Shown: positions 18,517 to 27,101, numbered from the stretch's first letter. The stretch is 63,138 bases of DNA from Rhodospirillales bacterium (GCA_016872535.1 VGZQ01000001.1:1-63138); one strand, 5' to 3'. The notes: generated by a model not told the origin, from the sequence alone. Numbers and translations: made by a program.

Positions 18517-19935
18517 TCATAACCCGATCCCGGCGGCACTCAAAATGCCGCGCACGCGCGCGCGTTGTTCGTCCGAAATCGTCAGGCGCTCGGCAAAATC
18601 CTTGCCGACCGGGCGGGTGGCGTCGATCCCCATCTTGGTCAGCGTGAACGTCTCCGGATCGGACGTCGGATCGAGGATCGCGCCCTTGCAGCCCGGAATG
18701 AGAACGATGTCCTTTTCCGCGCGTACCCGGGTCGCGATCGCCCACATCACGTCGCTCATGTCGAAAATGTCCACGTCTTCGTCCACCACCACCACGTACT
18801 TGGTGTAGAACTCGGTGCCGAGCGCGGCCATGATTGCCTGCTGCGGCTCGCCCTGCGCGGTCTTCTTCATCTTGATGAAGGCCATGAACGCGCCGCAGGT
18901 CCGGTGCGGCACGTGGACCGCGATCACGTTGGGCAGGTTGCGGCGGAGCGTGTTGAGAATTTCGCCTTCGCGGGTGACGCAGGAAATCAGGATATGGTCC
19001 TGCGACATACCCGACGCCACCGAATGGAACATGGCGTCGCGGCGCATGCGGATGCGATGCGCGACGAAGACGTTCTGCGTGCTGCGGTAGGACGCGTAGC
19101 CGGTGAATTCGCTGAACGGGCCCTCCGGCTCGCGCACGCCCGCCAGAATTTCCCCTTCAATCACGATTTCGGCCCCGGCCGGAATCTCGAGATCGGAAAC
19201 CCCGCACTTGGCGAGGCGATAGGACTCGCCGAACAGGCCGCCGATGATTTCGAATTTGCGCACATGGGGCGGATAGGCGTAGACCATCGAGCCCATGTAA
19301 TGAAGCGGATGGATGCCGAGGGTAATGGCGGCGGGAAGCGATCGGCCGCGCTCCTCGGCGCGGCGGTGGAATTCGTACATGCGCCGGCGCGAATGGAGGG
19401 AAACGCCGAGCCTATTCTTGCCCTTGACCATCAGCCGATGAAAGCCCGTCGTGTCGACGCCCGAGACCGGATCGCGCGCCGCGATCTGGCCGGCGGTGAT
19501 GTAGGGGGCCTGATCGACCGAGAAATGGCGCGGGATCGGAAGCTTCGCCAGGTCGACCGCGTCGCCCTCGATCACCACCTCGTTCCAGGCCGGGTTGGCG
19601 ACCGTTTCGCACGGTATGTATTTCTGGCAGCGCTCGCGAAACGCGGTCGGCAGATCGGCGGGCGCGACGCCGAGGCAGGCGGCGAGCAGTTTGCGGTTGC
19701 CGGCGATGTTGGTGACGACCGGGATCGTGTGCCCTTCGACGTTCTCGTAGACGACGACCGGGCTCTTCCCCATCTGTTCGAGTTCGAACACCAGCGAGGT
19801 GATGTCGAGGTCGGTCTTGACCGGCGTCCGGATGCGGACGAGTTCGTCGGGAAAGTCGCGCTCGACCATGGCGAGGAACCCGCGCAACGATTGGCGCTGG
19901 GTCTTCGCGTCGGCGCGAACATCGCCGTCGGCCAT
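18517..19935 (-). CDS. UbiD-family (prFMN-dependent) reversible decarboxylase
   Basis: 472 aa. SLRGFLAMVERDFPDELVRIRTPV...VVYENVEGH...NIAGNRK matches the UbiD family architecture. Confidence 0.85.
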   Translation of the reverse strand: MADGDVRADAKTQRQSLRGFLAMVERDFPDELVRIRTPVKTDLDITSLVFELEQMGKSPVVVYENVEGHTIPVVTNIAGNRKLLAACLGVAPADLPTAFRERCQKYIPCETVANPAWNEVVIEGDAVDLAKLPIPRHFSVDQAPYITAGQIAARDPVSGVDTTGFHRLMVKGKNRLGVSLHSRRRMYEFHRRAEERGRSLPAAITLGIHPLHYMGSMVYAYPPHVRKFEIIGGLFGESYRLAKCGVSDLEIPAGAEIVIEGEILAGVREPEGPFSEFTGYASYRSTQNVFVAHRIRMRRDAMFHSVASGMSQDHILISCVTREGEILNTLRRNLPNVIAVHVPHRTCGAFMAFIKMKKTAQGEPQQAIMAALGTEFYTKYVVVVDEDVDIFDMSDVMWAIATRVRAEKDIVLIPGCKGAILDPTSDPETFTLTKMGIDATRPVGKDFAERLTISDEQRARVRGILSAAGIGL

Positions 19936-20023
19936 CGGACCATCTCCCCAAGTTGTTCTATTGTTAGTACCTTATCCGGCAACTTTAACACGACTCCGCG
20001 ACCGGCGAAAAGCCGCGCCGCCC

Positions 20024-20404
20024 TTATTTATCGCCGTAATCAAGATATTTGAACTCGGGCCGATCAGGGGTTCCGGGCAGGGGGCTTCCGTCTTTCGCCG
20101 GGCGCCAGCCAATTAAATCCTCGATCTTTTTCGCCAACGCAAAATCCAGTTCCGTGATTCCGTTCGAATCGTGGGTCATCAAGCGGACCGTGACCGTACG
20201 AAACGAAACCATCAGATCGGGATGGTGCCAAGCGGCCTCGGCGAGGTGGCCGACGGCGTTGGCGCATAGGAGGCTCGAGCGCCAGCCGCTGGTGCGGTAG
20301 ACCCGTTCGAGGTGTCCGCCCTCCAGCGTCCAGGCCGGCAATTCGGCGGCCAAGCGGGATCGGACGTCGCTTTCGGCCAAAACCGGGGCCTTGGTCTTGC
20401 CCAT
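20024..20404 (-). CDS. pterin-4a-carbinolamine dehydratase (PCD/DCoH, COG2154)-like protein
   Basis: The PCD core is GW...R.Y......AF.F.N.V...AE...HHPD......V.V.L.TH. It carries a C-terminal extension of about 25 aa. Confidence 0.7.
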   Translation of the reverse strand: MGKTKAPVLAESDVRSRLAAELPAWTLEGGHLERVYRTSGWRSSLLCANAVGHLAEAAWHHPDLMVSFRTVTVRLMTHDSNGITELDFALAKKIEDLIGWRPAKDGSPLPGTPDRPEFKYLDYGDK

Positions 20405-20415
20405 AATCGGTATCC

Positions 20416-20451
20416 CTGAAAAGAAAACCCGGCGGGTTATTGCCCGCCGGG
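20416..20451 (-). terminator. rho-independent terminator after soxD
   Basis: Perfect 9-bp stem CCCGGCGGG / CCCGCCGGG with a 6-nt loop. On the minus strand it is followed by TTTTCTTTTC. Confidence 0.7.
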
Positions 20452-20492
20452 CGTAGCCTACCGTGTCCGGGAGGATCGGGCTACTTCAACGA

Positions 20493-21077
20493 TTATTGGC
20501 AGTCCTTCATGCAACGAACCGCCTTCACGTCGGGGCGATCGTCGGGAATGAAGCCGTCCTTGTTCGGCATCTGCACCGCCGCGAGCGATTTGGCGTCCAT
20601 GACCGCGTCTTCCTTCACCAGCCCGTTGAGGAACAACAGGTAGGCCGAAAGCGCGTAGACCTCGTCGTTGGTCAAGGTTTGCGGGGCGGTCATCGGCATG
20701 GCGCGCCGGGTGTAGTCGAACAGGATCGGCGCGTACGGGTACATGCTGCCCGGGGTCAGGACCCGTGCGTTGGTCTTGAACGAGCCAATACCCCCGAACA
20801 AGGGGCCGACCTGATCGCCGGCTTTGCCGTCCGCGCCGTGGCACGGCAGGCACTTGGCGGCATAGATCTCCTTGCCCTGGGCGACCGAGCCCTTGCCCGC
20901 CGGCAGGCCCTTGCCGTCCGGGGTACGGATGTCGATATCCCAGGCGGCGATGTCGGATTCGGCGATCGGCTTGCCGAACTTGGCGGCCGGACGCTTCGAC
21001 GACTGGGCATAGGCGGTGCCGCCGGCAACGAACGCGGCTGCGGCCGCGAGAGCGACGAGAGTCTTAAGCGATCGCAT
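20493..21077 (-). CDS. soxD: monohaem cytochrome c subunit of sulfite dehydrogenase (SoxD/SorB-like)
   Basis: Signal peptide MRSLKTLVALAAAAAFVAGGTAYA and a single CLPCH haem site. Its start overlaps the soxC stop by 14 nt. Confidence 0.75.
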   Translation of the reverse strand: MRSLKTLVALAAAAAFVAGGTAYAQSSKRPAAKFGKPIAESDIAAWDIDIRTPDGKGLPAGKGSVAQGKEIYAAKCLPCHGADGKAGDQVGPLFGGIGSFKTNARVLTPGSMYPYAPILFDYTRRAMPMTAPQTLTNDEVYALSAYLLFLNGLVKEDAVMDAKSLAAVQMPNKDGFIPDDRPDVKAVRCMKDCQ

Positions 21078-22374
21078 TTTTGACCTCCCCGTTGGCATCG
21101 ATGGACCACGGGAAGACCCCGTTGTGATGCTGGACGAATCCGACCAGCGCGCGCGCTTTCGCGATCTCGGCGACGGTCGGTTGCACGTAATCGGTGGAAT
21201 CGACGGCGCGGCTCGCGACCTTCGCGGGCTGACCATTCCACCGCCAGCGGTAGGTGAAGCGGGTCAGGCACTTGTCGAGGATCGGCCGTTCCAGTTCCGC
21301 CTGGCGCCAGGTTTTGCCGCCATCGGTGGTGATGTCGACCGCCTTGATGTGGCCGTTGCCGGACCAGGCGAAACCCTGGATCTCGTAATGGCCGGGGCCT
21401 TGCATCTTCATCCCGCCCGAGGGATTGGTGATGACCGATTTGCACTCCATGGTGAAGCTGAACTGGCGCCATTTGCCTTCCGGCATCGGGTCGGTGTAGC
21501 GCGCGGTTTCGCTGCGGAAGTGCCAGGGCTGGTCGGACACCTTGATCCGACGCAGCCACTTGACGGAAACGTTGCCTTCCCAGCCGGGGATAAAGGCGCG
21601 AAGCGGATAGCCGTTCTCGGGGCGGAGCATCTCGCCGCCCGAGCCGTAGACGATGAGCGTGTCCTTCATCACTTTTTCGATCGGGACGCTGCGCACGTGG
21701 CCGGAACCGTCGGCGCCCTCGAACATCACCCACTTGGCGCCAGGCTGCAGGCCAGCTTCGTCGATCAACCAGGAGGCCGGAACACCGGTCCACTGGGAGC
21801 ACGACAGAAGTCCGTGGGTCTGCTGCACGGTCTTGGAACGGGCCTGGGTCCAGTCGGTGAGCCCGTTACCCGAGCATTCCATGAAATGGAACCGCGACAC
21901 CGACGGATAGCGCAACAGCGCGTCCATGGAGAATTCCAGCGGCTGCTTCACCATGCCGTGGATGACGAGCTTGTGGGTCTTGGGATCGATGTCCGGCGTG
22001 CCGGCGTGATGACGCTCGAAAATCACGCCGTTGGGGGTGATGATCCCCTTCTGGTACTGAAGCGGCGACATGCTCCAATCGGAGAAGTTCTGCTTGTTGA
22101 CGAACACGTCGGTGCGGCGGCGCTTGTATTGCGTCTCGAACTTGGAAGGCATGCCGTAGGCCTCGGCCTCGATCGGCCGGCCCATGCTTTTCGCGGTTTC
22201 CGGCACCGCGAGTGCCGCAGCCTTGGCCGGCTTGGCCGCGCCCACGCCGAGGGTGGCGAGCGCGCCGCCCGCCGCGGCCGCGCCGAACAGCACCTGACGC
22301 CGGCTCGGGGCCGACGGCGCATTCGGCGGACGATTTTCCGATTCGATCGGGTAGAGGAGCTTGGACTCGCTCAT
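21064..22374 (-). CDS. soxC: molybdopterin sulfite/sulfane dehydrogenase catalytic subunit (SoxC/SorA family)
   Basis: Tat-type leader (SRRQVLFGAAAAGGALA). Sulfite-oxidase-fold motifs GIITPNGVIFERHHAG, FMECSGNG, plus a C-terminal dimerisation domain. Confidence 0.85.
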   Translation of the reverse strand: MSESKLLYPIESENRPPNAPSAPSRRQVLFGAAAAGGALATLGVGAAKPAKAAALAVPETAKSMGRPIEAEAYGMPSKFETQYKRRRTDVFVNKQNFSDWSMSPLQYQKGIITPNGVIFERHHAGTPDIDPKTHKLVIHGMVKQPLEFSMDALLRYPSVSRFHFMECSGNGLTDWTQARSKTVQQTHGLLSCSQWTGVPASWLIDEAGLQPGAKWVMFEGADGSGHVRSVPIEKVMKDTLIVYGSGGEMLRPENGYPLRAFIPGWEGNVSVKWLRRIKVSDQPWHFRSETARYTDPMPEGKWRQFSFTMECKSVITNPSGGMKMQGPGHYEIQGFAWSGNGHIKAVDITTDGGKTWRQAELERPILDKCLTRFTYRWRWNGQPAKVASRAVDSTDYVQPTVAEIAKARALVGFVQHHNGVFPWSIDANGEVKNAIA

Positions 22375-22639
22375 GAACGGTCTCCCTATGTTGTGGCGCC
22401 AAGCGGCGCGGCAGCGTTCGCCAAACGGCCGAGTTACGGCCGCACGGCTATTCGGACACCGGACGTTCGAGAGATCGAGATGCCCCGCCTGACGCGGCGC
22501 ATCGATTACGTCCCCTCCCCGTCCCCCTCTCTCTGCAAGCCGGTTTTTATCGGCCGTAAGCTTATGCCTAGGTTCGACTTGCGAGTGAGGATTAGAAAGC
22601 CTCCACGTAGGAGGCAGTATCGGCTTGGGGTTGTCGGTT

Positions 22640-22670
22640 TGTAAAATCTATTAATACTATTGTTTAATAG
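22640..22670. promoter_or_regulatory. conserved 31-nt operator-like element, copy A (TATTAA-N9-TTAATA dyad), upstream of soxCD
   Basis: TGTAAAATCTATTAATACTATTGTTTAATAG is 24/31 identical to 27071-27101. It lies in an AT-rich island about 270 nt upstream of soxC. Confidence 0.6.
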
Positions 22671-22759
22671 TTTCTGTCTTACCCGGCAAGAACCGCCCTC
22701 GACGACCGGTCCGGTCGCGAGCGCGATTGGGAAACGACGGCGCGGGAAACGCGAGGCGA

Positions 22760-22960
22760 TTATTGCAACGCAACCACCGCCACGACGACCGCGACCAGGA
22801 CGATTCCCGGCCAGAAGAACCCGATCTTGCCCAGTCGGGTGTTGTGGCAACTCCAGGCGTACGCGCAATTGCCGGAACAACCCGGCGTTTCGCACGGATT
22901 GATTTTCCGGTGCAGGCGGCGAAAGGCGGATTCGCCTTCCATCATTTCGTCGACGGTCAT
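22760..22960 (-). CDS. small Cys-rich tail-anchored membrane protein (66 aa), family unknown
   Basis: Strong G/C preference at third codon positions throughout. It has a cytoplasmic N-terminus with C-x4-C-x3-C-x5-CH (NPCETPGCSGNCAYAWSCH) and one C-terminal TM (IGFFWPGIVLVAVVVAVVAL). Confidence 0.55.
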   Translation of the reverse strand: MTVDEMMEGESAFRRLHRKINPCETPGCSGNCAYAWSCHNTRLGKIGFFWPGIVLVAVVVAVVALQ

Positions 22961-23026
22961 GGGCTCGCTCCATCAGAATGGACCAACGAAGGGGCCTTAA
23001 TAAGTCAATTCTATGACCCTATCGTT

Positions 23027-23047
23027 TTGATAACAGTATTCTATCAA
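23027..23047. promoter_or_regulatory. TTGAT-N11-ATCAA dyad containing TCTATCAA
   Basis: TTGATAACAGTATTCTATCAA lies 80 nt upstream of the Cys-rich ORF. The same architecture occurs at 35487-35507. Confidence 0.5.
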
Positions 23048-23096
23048 GCTGGTCGGGCCGATCCTTGACCGTGGTCAAGCGGACGGCGATGGCGAT

Positions 23097-23534
23097 TCAG
23101 ACAGCAAGGGCCGACAGGAAGTCCCGGGCGATCAAGCCGGCGAGCCGGCGCATCACCAGGTAGCCCGACGCCCGGTCCTTGTCGAAAATCATCAACAAGG
23201 CCTTGGCCGGAATCACCGCGATCGTGCAGGGCTCCAGGCAATCGGCGGTCGCCACCCGGCGCGGGCGCTCGTCGATCAAGGCCGCCCAGCCGAACACTTG
23301 GCCCGGGCCCATCACCGAATCCGTCCCGGCCCGGTTGCCGACCCCGATCGAGAAACGGACCCGGCCCTTGGCGACGATGTAGATCGCCTCGGCGTCGTCG
23401 CCCAGCTCGTAAACCCGGTCTCCTTCGTCGAACGTCTCCTCGCGCGAGGCGCGCGCGATTTCCGCCAACGCGGCTTCGGACACGCCCGCGAAGAGCGGGG
23501 TTTTCCGCAACAGTTCCGTGATCGCCTGGGTCAT
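23097..23534 (-). CDS. stand-alone cyclic-nucleotide-binding (CAP-effector-type) domain protein without an HTH
   Basis: 145 aa. LFAGVSEAALAEIA...FDEGDRVYELGDDAEAIYIVAKGRV...GPGQVFGWAAL matches the cNMP-binding fold. It starts 13 nt after msmD. Confidence 0.8.
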   Translation of the reverse strand: MTQAITELLRKTPLFAGVSEAALAEIARASREETFDEGDRVYELGDDAEAIYIVAKGRVRFSIGVGNRAGTDSVMGPGQVFGWAALIDERPRRVATADCLEPCTIAVIPAKALLMIFDKDRASGYLVMRRLAGLIARDFLSALAV

Positions 23535-23547
23535 GGGTGGCTCCTCT

Positions 23548-24591
23548 TCAGCCGAATTTGTCGTAGCGAATGTCCTTGGCCGGCAGACGCGCGTCCATGA
23601 TCAGCATGCGCAGCGCGCCGTCCACCATCGGCGGCGGGCCCGCGACGAACGCGACGACGTTATCGTACTGTCCGGCCATGGTCTGGGCCGCGACCGCGTG
23701 GACGAACCCGGTCGCAAAGCGAAGATGCGCGTGGCGGGCGCGCAAATTATCCGGTGCGTTGCCTTCCGACAGCGCGACGGTAACCGCGAGATTGCCGCCG
23801 GATCGGGCGGCGATGTCGTCCATCCGGTCGAGGAAAAAGACGTCGTTCGCGGTGCGCACGCCGAAAAAAACGTGACCGCGGCGGCGCGCGAAATGTCCGG
23901 TGCCGTCGGCACGGGCGAGAATCGCCATCATCCCGGCGATACCGCTGCCGCCGGCGATGCAAAGAAAATTCTTGTCTTCCTCGGGGCGATAGACCGCCCG
24001 CCCAAGCGGGCCGAATACGTGTACCCGTGTGCCGTTGCGATCGGCGGCGAACAGCCATTCGCTGAACTTGCCGCCGGGCTTGGCCTTGATCACGAATTCG
24101 AGCCGCCCGGCGGGGGCCGCGAAATTAACCATCGAGTACGCCCGGCCGCCGTCCACCTCGGGAACGGCCAAGATCGCGAATTGGCCCGGAACGAATGTCA
24201 TCGCCGGATCGAGATCGAGCGCGAACGCCACCACGTCGGCGGTGAGCCGCGCGTAGGCTCCGAGCGTGCCCCAATGATATGCGGGACGCGGAAGCAATTC
24301 GATCTCGGGCGGTATTTTGCCGGGAACGAAGACGGTGCAATCGCCGGCCGCCGATTCCTGGCAGAGCAGAAATTCGCCGCGATCGGGTTTGAGATAGGAG
24401 CGCGCCGGCGCCGCCGACCATCCGGGCACGATCGAGCCCGATATGGCGCGGGCCTTGCAGGTGCCGCAGGTGCCGGTCGCGCATTCGTAAGGGAGAGCCA
24501 CGCCCTGGCGCAGGCCGGCGTAGAGCAGTTTTTCGTCCGCGGCGCAGTCGAACGTCCGCTCGCCGGCCTTCGTTTGAACGACGATTTTCAT
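23548..24591 (-). CDS. msmD: oxygenase reductase component (N-terminal plant-type 2Fe-2S ferredoxin plus FNR-like FAD/NAD domain), MsmD-like
   Basis: CATGTCGTCK 2Fe-2S motif near the N-terminus, RAYS flavin motif, and the GGSGIAG NAD fold. The ATG at 24591 is preferred over the TTG at 24600. Confidence 0.75.
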   Translation of the reverse strand: MKIVVQTKAGERTFDCAADEKLLYAGLRQGVALPYECATGTCGTCKARAISGSIVPGWSAAPARSYLKPDRGEFLLCQESAAGDCTVFVPGKIPPEIELLPRPAYHWGTLGAYARLTADVVAFALDLDPAMTFVPGQFAILAVPEVDGGRAYSMVNFAAPAGRLEFVIKAKPGGKFSEWLFAADRNGTRVHVFGPLGRAVYRPEEDKNFLCIAGGSGIAGMMAILARADGTGHFARRRGHVFFGVRTANDVFFLDRMDDIAARSGGNLAVTVALSEGNAPDNLRARHAHLRFATGFVHAVAAQTMAGQYDNVVAFVAGPPPMVDGALRMLIMDARLPAKDIRYDKFG

Positions 24592-24646
24592 CGCGCGCAA
24601 CGGTTCTCGGCGCCGGGCACGACCACGAACGGCGAACGGCGCGGAG

Positions 24647-24985
24647 TCATTCCTCGATGTATTCGTATACGATCGGCTTGTCGATGAACGCGAGCAGGTC
24701 GGTACCTTCGACCTTGCTTTGGTAGAACTTGATGTCGCGTTCGGCCTCGCCCTGCTTGGCGCCGGTCTTCAAATCCCATTGCCAGAGGTGCTTGGTGCAG
24801 GTGAACACGCCGTCCTGGTAGAGCCCGGATTCGGCGAGCGGTTCCTCCATATGCGGGCACATGGGGGGAATCACCCGGAAATCGCCGCCGAGATTGACGG
24901 CCACGACCTCGACGCCGTCGACGTCGAATTTCCTGACCGCGTTGACGGGAAATCCCTCGATCGAGCACACGCGCTTCCAGGCCAT
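24647..24985 (-). CDS. msmC: Rieske-type [2Fe-2S] ferredoxin, MsmC-like
   Basis: 112 aa. CPH-x17-CTKH (CPHMEEPLAESGLYQDGVFTCTKH) is a Rieske ligand set. Confidence 0.8.
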   Translation of the reverse strand: MAWKRVCSIEGFPVNAVRKFDVDGVEVVAVNLGGDFRVIPPMCPHMEEPLAESGLYQDGVFTCTKHLWQWDLKTGAKQGEAERDIKFYQSKVEGTDLLAFIDKPIVYEYIEE

Positions 24986-25014
24986 GAATATCTCCCGAAG
25001 TTGATCCCGGCGCG

Positions 25015-25043
25015 CCGCCGCCGCCCGAAGGGGGCGGCGGCGG
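25015..25043 (-). other. perfect 12-bp GC stem-loop between msmB and msmC
   Basis: CCGCCGCCGCCC gaagg GGGCGGCGGCGG lies in the 122-nt msmB-msmC spacer. Confidence 0.7.
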
Positions 25044-25107
25044 AACCGGCTTTCGTCTCTATAATCTTTCCGGGGCGAGCGGCAAGCCCCGCGCGCGGCG
25101 GCCGCCG

Positions 25108-25602
25108 TTACAACGGCCAGTGCGAGCCTTTGTCGAGGCGGCGCGTTTCCAGGCGCACCTCGCGCTTGACGAACTTGGGCGCGCCGCCGTTGAGACGGAA
25201 TTGGTCGACGTAGCGGCCCACCACGAACAGGCGATTTTCCCCCGAATCGATGTGGGAATTGATGCCGTCCAGCATGTTCTGGTAAATCACCACCGACGTC
25301 ACCGCCTGGGCGGTTTTCGCTTTGTCGTCCACCTCGACGGTATAAACCGTCGCGTGGCGCTTGAGCGGCGAATGATCGGTGTTGTGCTTGGGCAGGATAT
25401 CGACCATCCCGATCAAGTCCTGCCGATTACCCGAAAAATATGTCATGTCGCGACGGATTTCCGGGCTGTAGGCGGTGATGGCATAGTTGAAATCGCCGTC
25501 GCAAAGCTCGAGCCAGTCCCTGAACTTGTTCTCGTCGAGCAAAAGACAGCTCTTGTAGATCGTTTCCTTGACGGATTCGATCGTGTCCCTGGTTGCGGTC
25601 AT
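25108..25602 (-). CDS. msmB: ring-hydroxylating-oxygenase beta (small) subunit, MsmB-like
   Basis: 164 aa with a SnoaL/NTF2-like fold, directly downstream of the alpha subunit. Confidence 0.75.
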   Translation of the reverse strand: MTATRDTIESVKETIYKSCLLLDENKFRDWLELCDGDFNYAITAYSPEIRRDMTYFSGNRQDLIGMVDILPKHNTDHSPLKRHATVYTVEVDDKAKTAQAVTSVVIYQNMLDGINSHIDSGENRLFVVGRYVDQFRLNGGAPKFVKREVRLETRRLDKGSHWPL

Positions 25603-25635
25603 GGCTTCTGTCCTTCCTGTCTGGAGCGATACGTC

Positions 25636-26877
25636 CTACTCCGCCGCTTCCATGTATTTGCGCGTCGGATCGCTCGGCAGGCGATTCATCCAGCGGCCCC
25701 ATTCCTGATAGAAATGGCGCATGCCGATTTCGTCGTGAATGGTCTCGTTTTCGTGACGCGCCTGGATGATCCGGCGCGGCTCGGCGCCGGTCTGCATGGC
25801 GGTGCCCTGGCCGGCGACGCCGATCAGATCTTCATGCAGGTTGCGCCCGAACGGTCCCCAGATCGAGTTGTGGTGCTCGATCCGCTGCATCCGCTCCTCG
25901 GCGGTGTCGCTCTTGAGGCCGAGGCCGCGGAATTCGATCAGCACCTTGTCCGGGCCGAGCGGGGTCATGAGATCGACCCGGAGCGCCGAGCCGCGCAGGT
26001 TGAAGTTCGCGCCCGGAAACAGATCGACCATGTACCACTGGTTGGGCGGCAGGCCGGGGAACGACAGCGCGGCGCGCGAATGGGCGCCCTGATACTTCTC
26101 GTATTGTACCTCGAACGTGCCGACGACCACGTGGCCGTTGTCGAAGGCCATGTTCTTGCGCGCGAAGTAGGCGTCGTTAAAACCGGTGATCCGGTTATGG
26201 TAGTGCATGTAGTCGTGATAGAACTCGCTGTTGGTGTCGTGCCACAGCTTGTAGTTACAGCCGATGATCGCCTTGTGGTAATGGAAGACCTCGAGCGGCG
26301 CGCCATCCAGGTTCTTCTGGATGCATTCGAGCGCCGGACCGGCCCACTGCTGGACCGTCTGCGGGTTGTTGTCGTCGAGGGTCACCCACACGAAATTGCC
26401 GAAGGTGGTCTCGCAGCGCAGTTCGCGCAGGCCCAAATCCTTGCGCGAGATGCGGTCCTGGTAGCCTTCCTTTTCCCGCGTGATCATCACGCAGTTGCCC
26501 TTCATGTCGAACTGCCAGCCGTGGAACATGCAGGTCATGTGCTTGGGATTGCCCGACGCCTGGCCTTCCATGAAGGAGCCCGAGGGGCGCCGTTCGATCA
26601 GCATGCCGCGATGGGGGCAGATGTTGAGGAAGGCGCGGATCTTGTTGTCCGGGCCGCGCACCACGATGATCGGCTCGCGCGCGATGGTGAGCGTGCGGAA
26701 ATCGTAGGGCTCCGGCACCTCGGATTCGTGGCACACCGGAATCCACGTCTTCTTCCAGATCTTTTCCAACTCCTCCTCGAAAATCATGGGATCGGAGTAA
26801 ATCCGGCTGTCGACGAACTCGTCGATGCGGAGCGAGTTGGGAGGGGTATTCCACTGCGCGGCGTTCCTGGACGGCAT
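25636..26877 (-). CDS. msmA: methanesulfonate monooxygenase hydroxylase alpha subunit (Rieske non-haem iron oxygenase)
   Basis: 413 aa. The Rieske ligands are CPH-(26 residues)-CMFH, counted directly at aa 87-119. This long spacer was reported for MsmA of Methylosulfonomonas methylovora. The order alpha-beta-ferredoxin-reductase and the divergent NitT/TauT-type ABC importer match msmABCD/msmEFGH. Confidence 0.75.
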   Translation of the reverse strand: MPSRNAAQWNTPPNSLRIDEFVDSRIYSDPMIFEEELEKIWKKTWIPVCHESEVPEPYDFRTLTIAREPIIVVRGPDNKIRAFLNICPHRGMLIERRPSGSFMEGQASGNPKHMTCMFHGWQFDMKGNCVMITREKEGYQDRISRKDLGLRELRCETTFGNFVWVTLDDNNPQTVQQWAGPALECIQKNLDGAPLEVFHYHKAIIGCNYKLWHDTNSEFYHDYMHYHNRITGFNDAYFARKNMAFDNGHVVVGTFEVQYEKYQGAHSRAALSFPGLPPNQWYMVDLFPGANFNLRGSALRVDLMTPLGPDKVLIEFRGLGLKSDTAEERMQRIEHHNSIWGPFGRNLHEDLIGVAGQGTAMQTGAEPRRIIQARHENETIHDEIGMRHFYQEWGRWMNRLPSDPTRKYMEAAE

Positions 26878-27070
26878 GATGTCTCTCCTGTTGCGGCTCG
26901 CGTTGGCCTTGCCGATCGCTTCGGCCCGGCCCGGTGCCGGACTTGGCGCTAAATTTTAAAGTCTTCCGCTTCCGCGGCATAGCTCCCGCGCGCCCGGCGT
27001 GCGTATTGGCCACACGAAAATAGCGCGCGTTCCGCGTAAGGCCGAACAATCTAAGATCCGAAAAGCAATT

Positions 27071-27101
27071 TGTAAAATCTATCAAACTTATTGGTTGATA
27101 T
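27071..27101. promoter_or_regulatory. conserved 31-nt operator-like element, copy B (TATCAA-N9-TTGATA dyad), in the msmA/msmE divergent region
   Basis: TGTAAAATCTATCAAACTTATTGGTTGATAT is 24/31 identical to 22640-22670. Confidence 0.6.
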
